DNA of 63,511 nt, filler included, from Rhabdomonas costata (GCA_019059605.1; 12 parts of 12 records of this genome joined end to end with filler, not necessarily neighbours in it); one strand, 5' to 3'; counted from the first letter of the whole stretch, positions 13,401 to 26,242 are shown. Notes: a model not told the origin generated them from the sequence alone. A program made the numbers and translations.

Positions 13401-14400
13401 CCGACACCAAGGACCAGCCACGCAGCGCTTCGGGTGGCCAGCCGTAAATACAAAAGAACCTAGGCTTGCTTCGGCTTAGCCCTCGCTCTAGTTGTCACAA
13501 AATGCAAAGAGAATAATTTACGCCAAACGTAGAAACTGAAAGACAGAACGTGCTGCGAGGAACAGCTTTTCAAAGCTCCTTACCTTAAACTGCGTTCCTC
13601 CCTCGATGAGAAAACACAAGACATACAGGGGATCCTTGATCTTTTGAGCCTCTTGCATCCTGACATAGATGGGCTGCAGGACATCCTGACGACCACCAGA
13701 ACGCTGTGGGGGCATGATGAAAAGGTAAGGTCGTCAGGTCAGATCATTGGTACAATTGCAAAAAAAAAAATGAACTGCTCACAAACAGTGAAAATCTTAA
13801 CAAAGCTTGAAGAAAGGAAGACACTGGGCAACTCAACCAACCGTTATTCGGTCTTCGCGAAAGCGGTCACACCCGCAATACCCAAGCGGCATTACCACCC
13901 TGAGTCCCAAAATGCCTCCAACGTGATGCCGATGCCAGATAACCTACGCATACCACACGAATACCAAGACAGATGCAAAGAACAAGTTACAGCTTGACCC
14001 TCCCACATAAGAAGCTAGAAGAGGTCACACGCGTGTCACCAATCAGCGGTTTGTATTTATGACTCGCCTCACCCTACCCAACTTCTAAATACCCGAGCGA
14101 GAATTCCATCCTGGTGGTAAAATGCCGAATATAACCCCAAGATCACCAAATAACTACTACTACCCCACTCATGTGCATTCGAGTTCTTGCTGATCACATG
14201 CTGTGCATACTCCCCAAACGCTGAAACCACTACTGCGTGATGGCCACCTCCTCTGCGTTCCGGTGTACATCCCTTCGTGAACCCATGTGATACCAAGAGA
14301 AGACGACAGGATGCGGCTTCCGAACCCGAAAACCAGAAGGCCAAGAAGACAGACCCACCAACTGGAAGGGGACGTTCCAGCCTCTCTGGAACTCCGGTCC
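10485..14400 (-). CDS. Multi-exon gene or genes of unknown function (partial)
   Basis: Series of AG..GT-bounded GC-rich segments, e.g. RSGGRQDVLQPIYVRMQEAQKIKDPLYVLCFLIEGGTQFK|gtaagg (~13584-13703), YVKPIQPFLTEKEMTAHACGMYYDYMR (~13213-13295), DRERRQQELQAKHRKTLPPPKRLEKG (~13038-13112), GERLPPGGLPRSEPLDVSLARLGFEDSLGGPSILL (~10575-10678). Frames are ambiguous for several exons. Confidence 0.5.
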
Positions 14401-15090
14401 ATTGTATTTTTTGGCCAATCAGGTTCTTCTCAGGACAAGGCATAGCCCCGAAGTTGTCTTGCCCTATTGCATCCATATGATAAATGAAGCTGTGGGAAGA
14501 TGTTTCAGAACGTGGGTCAGTGCGAAAGAACTTAAACACAAATAGTAGCTTCTCACCACGGGGTGGCAAGAAGCAGCAAACAAAACAGAGTAACGGAAAG
14601 AAAAGATTTTTGTGAGTCTTGGTTGGCATTTTTCGCACACATCAACCCCGCTTCGGTTTAATGTTAGCGGGATTATCAAATTCCTAACGCGTGCTATGTA
14701 TTGCTGAAGCAAATATTTAAAATTTCAGGATATGATCAATTCTATTCTCTCAGGTTGGTGTTTCAAGAATAACAATGCTTTTTGGTTGAGCCAGACACCT
14801 TTTGGGTAATTTGTGGCCGTGGATCTTGTCATTTTTTTTGTTGATTTGACCAGGATTGACGGATTTTGTTGATGAGACAAGACAATTTGACAGCAACAAC
14901 CTCCACCCAGTTTTTTTGTTGTCCCTGCAGGAAGTGGTTGTTGGACCAATTCGTTGGAGATAGGGGCTTTGGAAAGGGGGGAGACCTGGCTACCCATGAA
15001 TTAAATGGAGCGTTGGGCTGCGAGAAAGAGTGACTAGGTGTAAGCGGTCAGAGAAGGTGAGGGAGTGAGGCTGAGATTCTCAAAAGCATG

Positions 15091-15158
15091 CCACACATGA
15101 CCACTGCCACCATGTAGGAGTGTCCCACACATGACCATTGCCACCATGTAGGAGTGTC
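15091..15158. repeat. 34-bp tandem duplication
   Basis: ccacacatgacca(c/t)tgccaccatgtaggagtgtc x2 (15091-15124, 15125-15158), one mismatch. Confidence 0.95.
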
Positions 15159-15845
15159 CCACTCGCGCACCATTGTACAGCTCGCCCACCCTTAGCTGGG
15201 CCAGCTGTATAAAAATACCCCCGCATGTGGGGGCGGAGGCCACCAATAGGACCATGGCTTCCGGGCATAGGGCAACCTACTATTTTGACCTACTATTTTG
15301 ATTTGGCTTGAATGAAATTTGAATCATTTTTTCCTAGTTTTTTCAAAATGGCGAACCCATCGTGGCGGTGGCGTCTCACTCTGCTCGCCGAGCAGGCCCA
15401 TTAAATTACAGCAAGGAGGGCGGGTGCAGAGGGTGGGGGGTAGTCCGTAGAGCGCGAGCTTCCCAGTCAGCTTTTAGGGAGGGAGAACCTGAGGACAGTC
15501 TCTATCGCTCCCGCAACGCAACTCGAATGCCGCCGAAGGCTCTAGTGCTCTAGTCCTCTAATGCGAAGTGAAACTAGCAGATAAACACAAACNNNNNNNN
15601 NNNNNNNNNNNNNNNNNNNNNNNNNNNNNNNNNNNNTTAATTAATTAANNNNNNNNNNNNNNNNNNNNNNNNNNNNNNNNNNNNNNNNNNNNACATTATA
15701 AACTATATCAACACGGTTTGTTTATTCGAAGCTCCTTAACTCAGTTTCGGTTTACTTCGGGATATACCATAAATACCATTCTCTCGAAATGTGTGGGTGA
15801 CCATAACTGCACCTTTTTGCCTCCTAGTTTTGACATCGTACATAC

Positions 15846-18800
15846 TTCAGATTAAAAGATCAAGGAGATCAGAAAGAAGAGGAAGTACCAGTTCCCCACG
15901 AGGACCCCGATGACGCTATAGATGGAATTCCACGCGCTGGCGTTCGTCTGGGGCTGCACATCAATGTCCACGGTGTCCATCAGCTCATACATGTAATTGT
16001 TCCAATTCTCTTCCAGACTAGAGACAACCACGGATAGGGCAGAGGTGGGAAAGTTGTCGTATGTGGAGTACATTGGCAGCCAGTACCGCAGCTGCGTGGT
16101 GTTGGGGTCTGTGGGGTCCGGAGCAAACTCCCCCATGCATTGCGAGCGGTTGGCCACGCTGGAGTCCGTGCAGTACCAGCACCGGCCGAAGAAAAGATTG
16201 AGGCCGATGATGGAGTACAACACCACCCAGAACAAGTACGGTACCAGAACAACCACCAGCGAGGGTGCGGTGAGTGCCATGGCCTCCATCACAATCCGCA
16301 GCCCGGGGTGCATTCGCACCACCCGTATAATCCGGATTACGCGAAGCGCACGCAGCGCCTTGACTTGGGTACCCACAGGGGTTATGCCCACCAGGCTAAT
16401 CACAGTCACCACAAGATCCACCAGACCCCACCCCGTGCGGAGATACGAACCCTCGCCCAAAATCACGTTTTGCGCCACGCATCGCAGCACCAGCTCAACC
16501 GTGAAAATCACCGCCCAGGCAACATCCAGCTGGCGAAGCACCTGCAGCCGCGGAGAGTCCTCGGAAAGAGTGGGCGTCTCCATCGCCAACGTGATCGCAC
16601 TCGCCACAATCACACCCAGAATTGCCAAATCAAACAGGGAGTGCTGAATGACCTTTTGCAGCAGACTTCGGACTCGTCCGGTGGGAGAGAAGATGAACAG
16701 GCTGTACTCCATCCGAGGAGTGCTGCATTCCATTCCACAGAAGCTGATCGAGTGATCCGAAGAGGGCGGCGGTGGGTTGGCCGAGGGTGGAGCGATTCGC
16801 CCAAACACCTTTTGCACCCACTTTGCCTTTTGTTGCAGCTGGGCCCGCTCGAGCTGAAGATTCAATTCCTCCTGAAACCCGTTCACAATAATGGCTAAAG
16901 GCATCTGGGATAGGATGTAGGCCCCCACCGTGACGGCAACAACTGGGAAGATGGTCGCCGGAAGCCCTCTGCCTTCCGCAGTGGAAACCTGTTATGACAA
17001 AGACAATAGCTTCATCATTTCCTGGAATAGCTTTAAGTGGGAAGCAGTTATATCACGACAAAATCCACCTGCATATCAAATAATGGAGCTCGACCAAAGT
17101 CACTGCATAGTGCGGAATCACCGACGATACTGTTCACCCGCGAAAAAATCATCCAGATTAACCCGGCATGTGCGTGGCCTCCAAACCCCTACGAGCCCTG
17201 AAAAGTAGCTCCGAAAGATGCAATCCTTAGTACCTGCCCCATTGTAGTTATCCGGCATTGAGTTATAAAGGGATAAAGGGAAGCTATCAAAGTTTGGAAA
17301 TGAACTGAACAATCGCGATCTTATTGTATGAAGCTAACCCAAAAACAAAAAAGAGGTGCAGCTGAGCACCCCAGCGTAGTAGTAAGATGACCGCGTAAGA
17401 AAACCGTGCAAAAGCATACATCGAGCTCGCACCAGTTCTGGTAAGTGAAAAGCTGAATGGTGGCAAGGAGACCCCACCCAAAACTGTCGAAGTTCTCCCG
17501 GCTGTCCCCCTCGGCAGGTCCCAGGTATCCGCTGAAAAGTTGCATCCCGCAGCAGCAGAACACCACCACAAAGAGAAACCAAACCACCAGAAAGCATCCC
17601 AGCATGCCAACGTTGTCACGGAGTACTCTGCCCAGGCGCTCCAGCTGCGGAAGGTAGCGGCCAAGCCGCACCGCCCGCAGAGCTCGAACGGCCCGCACCG
17701 CTCGGAGGGCTGACAGGCCCGTACTTATTCCGGTCAGTACAAAATCGTCTACGATGCCCAGAATAACAATGCAGAAGTCAAACACGTTCGAGGACTGCCC
17801 GAAATAGGCCCGTGGGCCGTCACCCAGAATTCGAAGCAGCGCCTCCGCGGCAAACACACATGTGAAAACCTTGTTCGCCAGGGCAAGGCGGTCCAGAGTC
17901 TGCGGAGTCATTCCCACGTATGGGATCGCAAGAACCACAATGTTGGCTACGATGGTGCAGACGACAAGTCCCTCAAAGATCTTGTGATGGGTTAACCTGC
18001 GAACAAAGAGCTGAAGTAACTTCCAAGAGGGTACTGGCATGCGAGGCATGTCCACAGGAACTGAGCATGGCGAAGCCACACCAGGTGAGACAGTGGCAGT
18101 CGCCAAGGGCTGAAGAGCACTGGACATGTCCATTGACATACTCACGGGACCCTCGGAAAGATGCCCCGCACTTTCCGGCCCCACAAAAGGGGTTTGACAG
18201 GAAACCATGTCCGGGGAAACACCTCCCGTATCCGCAGCTGCGGGGAGCTCGGTAGATTCCGAAGACTCGGCGGTCTCCGCGGCATACTCGGCAGAGACCT
18301 CCGAAAGCTTTGTGGTCACGACACCGGCAATGGAATGCACAAGAAGATACATCCCAATGATTACAATTGAGGCATGAAACAGAAAGGCTGCCCCCTGGTG
18401 GCGTCGAAGGAGTGGTACAACACCACGGACCAGTTCTCCGTACTCAGCACCTCGAAGTTGGTCAGCCAGGCCTGAAGGATGGTGTCGTAGCTGATCGTGC
18501 CCGCCTGGGGGTTCACCCGGAGGTCCACGCACGTGGAGTTGCCGGGGCACTGGAACCCGCTGCCTGGGGTACGGGAGCAGACCTTGTCAGGGTCCGTGCC
18601 GTACCAGAAATCCACGACCTGGGTCTGCGTCACCGGGTCCACGCAGCGGTACCCAAACCGACCCCCGAAGAGCTGCACCCCGAGAATTCCGAAGAACAGA
18701 AAGAACATCAGCGCCAGCAGGAAGAAGTCCCGCAGCAAGGGCAAGCTGCGGTACAGCGCGGTGGTCATGATCTCCGTCTTCCGCAGGAAGGGCACTCGGG

Positions 18801-20633
18801 ACATGTACTTGATTCCCAGCAGCAGGCGGATCCCCGTGAAATCCACCATCCCGGGAAGGTAGGTCAGGAACCCCAGCACCACGGTGAGGGCTTCCAGGAG
18901 GAACCAGCCGTCCCGCAAACATTCTGTTGGACCCCGCGCGATCACCGCAAGCGCGACGTCGGCGGCGAAGATGGCGTTGAAGTAGACCCGGGATTCCCGG
19001 ATCACGGTCTGAGTCGGGGCGGTGGGGTTGGTGCGGTCGAAGGTGCACAGGATGGCCACGTTGGCCAGGATCACTAGGATGGTGAGCAGGGCGTGGGCCC
19101 GGGAGCGCAGCATCTTGCGCAGTGCTCGGCGGATCCCACGGGGGGTGCAGCCGTGTTTCCCCATTAGTGGGGACTGCAGCATGGAGCCCGAGGCATAGTA
19201 GTCGGACCTCTGTGAGGACACAGACAACGGGTGGCAAGGCCCTTGTGAAGGATTGTCGTTTAAGTCCTTTATGGGCCCCTACCCCACCCCAAACAGCTGT
19301 AACCCACACATGCATGTTCAACAAATCTGTCTGAAGGACCTTGGGAGCCCAGCGGAGCGGCCCAAGACATCCTGGGAAGAATCCCCGGAGCACGTCCATC
19401 GCCTCCTAGGGAGTAGAATCACACTCTGCAGTGCAGTTGTCATCAGACCCGCGCCATCCATTTTCAGGTGCTATCAGCCCTATGTCGCCACGGCTTCAGA
19501 GAACGGCTCGGATGTCACCTCTGAGAGGTGGCCCGCCTGTGAGGAGCTACGAGGGCATCAGTTCGGCTTAAATTCCGTAGCCCTCAGGGCAGCCTTGTGT
19601 GACTGGCTCAGAAGATCCACACCACCCGAGTGTGGGACTAGCCTTCGTACCGCGCAGTCACAGGGGTAAACAGAGTTCATTTTTCTGTGTCCTCTAATTT
19701 CCGCCGTGTGGCACCATCAAATCGTACATTGATAGATAGATATGAAAAATCATGTGGACACACGGTGTTACGAAGTAACGCAGTACAACGGCGGTGTATA
19801 AAAAACGGAACAGTGGTATTTGGTTCAGCATATTGGAAATTTGCGGATCGATAGGGACGGCATTATCTCAGGGGCCGAAAGCCAGCCCACGGCTGCCGCG
19901 AATTAACACCGTTAAACGCAAAAATCTTCCATGTTTTGACGAAGTTATCCTCGAGCACAGTGGTCGGATCAAGTGCGCCTGTACACGCTAGATAATGTTA
20001 CGAAAGGGGGTTAGGTATTGTGCCGCTGCCCCCCAGATTTTAAAATTCTCGACGGTGTAGCTGCATTAACAGCACATAAAAACGTCGGCATCCGGTGTGA
20101 CGTTGTAATATGCAAATAAATTGATACACAGATACACAGAAGGACGGTATCCGGTTTACAGTAAGTAGTTATGATCCCACCTCAGCAGCAACAGGTAAGA
20201 GCAGAAACAAAAAGAACAGTTTAAAAAAAACTAGCAGAACCGATGTGCAGTTGAAATCACCAACCTTGTTGAGCTCCAAAATCTAGAACGCTTGATTTAG
20301 GGCACATTTTCAGCTGTACCTCCGCGGACGATGGAAAGTATAACGCCGCTGTACAGCATCATGGCTTCATAATCTTGATACCCCTCGCCCCCCCCCCTCC
20401 CATAAAAATGGGCCAGCCCATACAGCCGTACAACAGTCAACTCCACACACGAGTGCGAGCTCAACCTGCTCTGTGTAGTAGCGGCTGGAGCTGGGGAAGC
20501 CCTCAGAGAGGTGCGCGACCGCAGGGGGCCGGAACGGGCTGTAGGGCTGCCCGGGCAAGTTGGGGTGCGGGTGAGCTGTCGAGGGATCATCGGGCCTTCC
20601 GGGCGGCTTGTCCGGCGCCACCCCACCCTCCAT
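15846..20633 (-). CDS. Voltage-gated Ca2+/Na+ channel alpha-subunit family protein, repeats I-III (3' partial; frame disruptions)
   Basis: Three 6-TM repeats. S4 segments are ALRAVRAVRALRAVRLGR (II) and KALRALRVIRIIRVVR (III); pore loops are LSTENW (I), FTYQNW (II) and SLEENW (III). A long exon 19209-17420 has a 1-nt frame break at 18391-18395. GT-AG intron 17419-16989 joins NWCELD|VSTAEGRGLPATIF. Next exon is 16988 to ~15846. The putative first exon 20633-20466 (MEGGVAPDKP..YYTEQ|gt) is less certain. Confidence 0.93.
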
Positions 20634-20913
20634 TTACAGAAAATGGCACTCACTGCTCAAAGACAAACACACAGCGCACGCATTGACACATGGGAAGAGA
20701 AAAGGCAGGGGAAGAAAAAAGGGTAAGAAAATGCACTACACTGCATGCAGGCTGCCGGATAGGGAACAGAGAAAAAAGGGTGGCAACAAAATTCCCGAAA
20801 AGACAACAAAACCNNNNNNNNNNNNNNNNNNNNNNNNNNNNNNNNNNNNNNNNNNNNTTAATTAATTAANNNNNNNNNNNNNNNNNNNNNNNNNNNNNNN
20901 NNNNNNNNNNNNN

Positions 20914-23900
20914 AGACCGTGTTCCGCGGGGCAGGGTAGTCGTCCGGAGAATAACGAATTTCGCCCTGATAGGTGGGCTCCGGGTCCAAAGATGGCCAGG
21001 AAGAAGCCCCAATAGCCTGACGATTGCAAGAAACTCGCCACCGAATGGAAGCGAGCGCCGCCGCCAGAGCGGGAGTGGGCTCGACCCAAGTAACCCCATC
21101 CGAGGACGCCAAGCGGCGATGCAGAGTGCCCATCAGCCCACAGTGGTTCCCCAAGAGTTGAAGCCAGCGCATCCTCCGAGCAAGCATGTCCAACCGTGGG
21201 TCTTGTACAGCATAGGCACCCAAAGGGAGACCTCCAATAACCTCTGCCGCCGCAAAATGACTCAGGGACAGAGGGGGAAGGCGAGCGAGCGCGCGCTTCC
21301 CTTGAGCCCATAATGGCATCAACTGCGTGTTCGAGAGGGCGCGGACCTCACACCCGTACAGTGCTCGAGGGAGAACTGCCGTCCTCCATATCTGCACAGC
21401 GACAGGAGCGGGAACAGCCAAGGCCAGCAACCGCCGTCCAGAGAGGAGGGCAAGGGGGAGGCGAGACTCCACGTGGGCAGCGGTAGCAGCTACTTCCTTG
21501 CCCAGCTCAATACCTACCATCCGGAAGGTGGCGCGGGTCTCCAGCTCCAGAGGGCCAGAGTCCAAATGCAAAGTGACCTGCCTTCCAGCGGGGAGGTCCG
21601 AGCACCAGAGCTCGGTTTTCCCGAGATGAAGCTGTATGCGAAGGAGCTGGCACCAGGCCTGGTAAGCACCCACGAGGTACTCTACTTCCCGCAGGGAAGC
21701 CGCCAGCAAGCAAACATCATCCGCGTAACTGCTGGAGGCAAGATAAGAATTATCCAGCAGCACGCCCACCTGTTGAGCACTGGCCCACCGGTGAAAGGGC
21801 TCAAACAGTAGGTTGAGGAGGTCAGGGCTGGCAGGACACCCCTGGGCCAGCCCATTGGCCATGGTCCACTCAGACCCATCCACTTGACCATAGCGGAACC
21901 GGTGGCGAAGATGGGCATAGAAGTGCTTGAAGCACCGGATAACCGCTGAAGGGATGCCCGTCTCCTCCATGACCCCAAAGATTGCCCACCAAGGAAGGGA
22001 GGGAAAACATTTGGCCACGTCAAACTTGACGAGCCAAAGTGGTTGTCCACGCCGCCGCTGGAGCTCAATGACATCAGTCAGCAGCTGGGCCAGGTGGATG
22101 GTACTGGACTGCGCCCGGAAGCCCATGATAGAGGGGCCCAAGTAGGAGCCCTGCAATACCGGTGCCCAGCACTGGATAATACCCTTGGCCCACACGCGAT
22201 AGAGCACATCCAGGACAGTAATGGGGCGTTGGTCCTGGGGCCGTGTCCCACCGGAAGCTTTGGGAATCATAGCGACGTAGGCCCGCAGCATCTCGTCCGG
22301 CCACAGGCCCTCCTCCTCCACCCGGTTCAGCAAATCCGAAACGCGCGCCAGGAAGCTCTCGGGGAGGGACTTCCAGACGGCTAAGGGAACGCCCCGGGTG
22401 CCAGGAGAGGAACGTTCCCGCATCCCACCCAGAACCGCTTGAACCCGCGCCAGGGTCCAGCGCTCATACGGCCACTGACACCGAGGGAGGTGGCCGAAGA
22501 ACTGGGAGGACCGAAAGGCAGCCCAGCTCGAGGGGGCATTCGCCAAACTCCCTGAATCCAATAGGTGCGCACAGCCGTATCGACGGCATCCAGAGAGCAA
22601 CACTGCTGGCCCGTAGAATCCAGAATTGGTGAGGTGCCCCAAGAAGAGGACTCCCCGCCAAGCCAACGGTAAACTCGACCAGGGCTATGCTTCCACAAGT
22701 CGGGAAGGCGATCGTGCCAACGCTGGCGTCGTTCGTGGCGCATGTCCTGCACAGCAGTCCGGAGCTGGTGGCGCACGGCAACTATACTGGTCTCCAACCA
22801 GGTGCGGAGGGCCACTCGCGAGGAAGCGGCAGGGCAGAATCCACGGGGGCGCAGCGCGGCCAGCAGTTTGAGCAACGGCGTGGAGAAACATCCGACAGCG
22901 AGGGGCGACCCGAGTAGGTCTCGCTGCAAAAGGGCAAGACATTCGCCCAAGAGGCCCAGAGAAACCCGCAACCGCCGAACTTCCTGGGACTCGTAGGCGG
23001 GCCGGCGAACGGGAGAACGGCAAGTCCAACCACCTGCCAGAGCCACCAAGGTGTCCAACGCGGCTTGTATGTGGCTAGAAGTACATTGAGCCGAAGCACC
23101 GACGGGTAGGGCTGACAAAGCTCGGTTCGCAGCAGAGCGTTCCCAACGCAAGAGCAGCGTATTCCACTCCTGTGAGGCTCGTAGGTCAGCACCCGGAAGG
23201 GTAAGTAAAGAAGGGAGCTGGGGTCGAGGGGCATGCCAGGAGAGAGCCCACGAAGTAGAGGGGCGCAGCTCCACTACAATGGGAGAGTGCCCACCATCCA
23301 GCACGCCAGAAGCGATCCGCACGCGATGTATAAGTGCCAGGGCAGCCCGGTTGCCCAGGGCGAGGTCACACCGCGAGTGCATCAGCTTGGATTGGTTGGG
23401 CATGGTGAAGGTGTAGGCCCAGGCCTCGGGAGACACTGCCAACTGGAGATCAAGAAAAGAGCCGGAAGGTCCCAGAAGACGGGAAAGCAGANNNNNNNNN
23501 NNNNNNNNNNNNNNNNNNNNNNNNNNNNNNNNNNNNNNNNNNNNNNNNNNNNNNNNNNNNNNNNNNNNNNNNNNNNNNNNNNNNNNNNNNNNNNNNNNNN
23601 NNNNNNNNNNNNNNNNNNNNNNNNNCAGGGCCCAAGCCCGAGCTGTAGTCACGGTCAGGTGCCACAGTGCCGTTGAAGTCCCCCAGCAGGAGAGTGGGAA
23701 TCTGCAGGTCGAGAAGTGCAACAAATTCCAAGAAGGTGTGGTTGAAAATCTCGCGGCTGGGGTCACGGGGAAGAGGAGCGTACACAGTAAAAACCCGTAG
23801 ACCCAAAGGAAGAGCAGGCCGCCTAGGCACCAAAACCCCGTGGAGGCGAGTCATAGCATGAAGGCGGCGCCACGCCGAACCCTGAGGAGGTAAGGGAGAG

Positions 23901-26242
23901 ACGGCCACCCCAGGAGAGGCCAGAATACCCACGCCAGCACTATCGCCATGTCCGCCAGGACGTCGGGCAGAGGGTGCCGCACCGTGGTGAAGGGCGTACC
24001 CCAAGCGGCGTAGCGCCGAAGAGGCATGTTCCAAAGGTAGACGAGCCAATTTCGTCTCCTGCACCGCGAGAAGATGAAGGTTGAGAGGTTCAACAGAAGA
24101 TAGGCGGTGCTGAGTCCACCATGAAACGTTCCAACTGCCCACCAGTAGGGGCCCCTCCATGGGGGCCCACTCCCCGCCCCCACACGTGGAGCTAGACATT
24201 GGTGGGAGTACTCCCACCCGAAGAGCGCCGACGAGAGGCCGGCTCCCCCTCGCCCTCACTGCCAGAGATATCCACTGAAGGGGGACCACCGATTCCCGCT
24301 GTGGCGTCCGCGCTGCGGGAACGCTTCGCCTGAGAGGCGCGGAGTTGGAGTCGAAGCTCAGCGCATTCCCCCAAGGTGGCCTGCAGCCGCTCGTGAAGCA
24401 GGGCGTACTCGCTCCGCTGAGCCAACAAAGCCTCCGAAAGGCGGCTAACCTGAGCCACCAACTCCTCAAAGCGGTGGGCGTCCACCGCCATCGCCGAAGG
24501 CTGCGCCACGAAAGAGCTCCGCTCTCCTGTCACCCCAGAAGGGGGAGAGGATATCTGTGAAGGCAAACCACTGTGGCTGCTCGGGCTGGGCTGGGGCTTG
24601 GGCTTGGGCTTGGGCTTGGGCGTGGGCTTGGACGCCGGTTGCAGGAAGGAGACAATCCCACCACCCCGAGGAATGCACTTTCCGGAAGAGGAAGGCGAAG
24701 TCAAAGGAGCGGCCTGCCCTACCAGAGAAGAATAAGGGGGTGCGGCAGAAGAAGAAGACTGGTCGGCCGGTCCCCCACGAGGACGACGTCGTAGGGGGAT
24801 CTCCGCGTCCTCGGACATACTGGAAAGGGCGCCAGGAACGCGGCCAGCCACAGCAGCAGCAACAGCCCCATCGTCGGCGTCCATCAGGTCATCGGCAAGT
24901 GGGGAGCGACGTACTCGATCTGCCCATGTGACCTTCTCGACCTGGGACAGAGGGCGTCGAGGAACAACCGGTGGGCCAGTAGGAAGAACGGGTACAGCAG
25001 GCGGCAGGGCAGGACGCCGAGGCTGCAGCAACTTCATCAACACCGGGCGTGACCCCATGCCGAAGAGGCGCCACTCTGCTTGGGAAGCCTTCAAGAGGTC
25101 CTTGCCCGTCACGGTGAGGTCAGCGACCAGGGAATCGTAGGTGGTCCTCAGCACCCGTTGATTGACGACCGTGAGGTCTGGGTCCACCCGCGCCGCCAGC
25201 AGGGCCAGCTTGTCCAGCATCGCCAGCGGGACGTTGGAGGCCCGGAGCGTGAACTGGCGAACAGAAGTGGCCTTCACCTGGGCGCCGAAGTCTCCTTCGA
25301 GGCACTGGCGGAGAGCACTGCAGTCCGACGACTGGGGCATCCGAAAACCCAGCTCCCCGCGCTTGCGAGGGCAGACCAGGCCAGCATGCTCCACCTTGGC
25401 CTCCCGAAGAGCGGCAGCGACCACGTCGCTGAAGCGAGCCACTCTCGCTCAGACCACCTTGTGGCTCCCCTCAGTAAATCCCTCGGGCAGCGGGTAGTCA
25501 GCAGTATGTCCAAGCCAGGGGCGCACAAAAACACCACGAACACCCCCTGAGGCCCGAAGGAGCCTACCCGCCAGCGCCGAAGGAAGATCAGCATGGCCAG
25601 CAAGAAGATCACCTTTCAGAGTCAGACCACGAAGAGGGGGGAGAGCCACTGAAAGGGATGTAAGAGCGGACAGGTCCACAAGCGCTCGCCGAGCAAAAGC
25701 GTCAGGGGCGCGGCCACCTTGGGGTCGTTGTAGGAGATCCACCTCGACACAAATCCGGGTAACCCCAGCTCGGTCCGCGGCTTGAAGCTCCTTCCAGGAG
25801 CGGGAGGTACCCACCCGCCGGAACGGCGGCACCTCAGGCAGATCGGCCTTTCGCACCACCGTGAGGGCCACCAGTGCCTGCCGTAGCGGAAGAGGGGTCT
25901 CCTCCCACCGGGCTGGAGGTACCATAGTCTCTGCGGCTGGGAAGTGCAGCAACACCGGAGCCTCCGCGAAGGCCACCACCCATGAGATGCCCAGCGAGGC
26001 AGCCCAACCCGTAGTGTGGAAGGGATCCGCCTTGGCACAGAAGGAGATCCAGTCAGAGGCCTCGTCCACCACGCTGCGGGGCACCGTAACAGCCACCAAA
26101 ACGCCTTAGACGTCTGAGTTGGTACGGAGCTCGTGCTCCACCCGATCCCGCATGCGGGTCAGGTGGTCGGGCAGCACCACAAGGGGCAAAGGCTGGAAGG
26201 CCGAGCCCCACCGGAACTTGGGGGCGATCTTCCATAGATCCG
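20914..26242 (-). mobile_element. Non-LTR retrotransposon (LINE): ORF1 + ORF2 (APE endonuclease-RT); disabled copy truncated by both contig ends
   Basis: ORF2 starts at ATG 24199, overlapping the ORF1 stop at 24192-24194. Endonuclease motifs: VGSWNV, LAVQETK, VYAP, LLGDFN, SRCDLAL, GHSPI. RT motifs: IPKASG, QRPITVL, FDVAKCF, GLAQGCPASP, YADD, KTE. One frameshift near 22530. ORF1 is one frame from >26200 to 24192, broken by TAA (~26107-26109) and TGA (25449-25451). Confidence 0.96.
23492..23625. other. Internal scaffold gap inside the LINE endonuclease
   Basis: N-run lacking the TTAATTAATTAA linker; endonuclease motifs continue on both sides. Confidence 0.95.

Noticed and set aside
15091..15304. 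34-bp and 13-bp repeats as a CRISPR-like array
   Set aside because: Simple head-to-tail duplications without spacers, in eukaryotic DNA with no cas genes.
16989..17419. Apparent frameshifts and an extra PNFDSF pore-like peptide after channel repeat II
   Set aside because: A canonical phase-0 GT-AG intron (gat|gtatgc..taacag|gtt) restores a normal pore-to-S6 sequence.
15997..19399. Long antisense or alternative-frame ORFs over the channel (e.g. 16140-16898 +, 18367-19077 +, 18587-19399 -)
   Set aside because: Shadows of GC3-rich coding sequence with no recognisable motifs.
25449..25451. In-frame TGA as selenocysteine or an alternative genetic code
   Set aside because: It is in a disabled retroelement that also has a TAA and a frameshift; the reconstructed host exons need no TGA readthrough.
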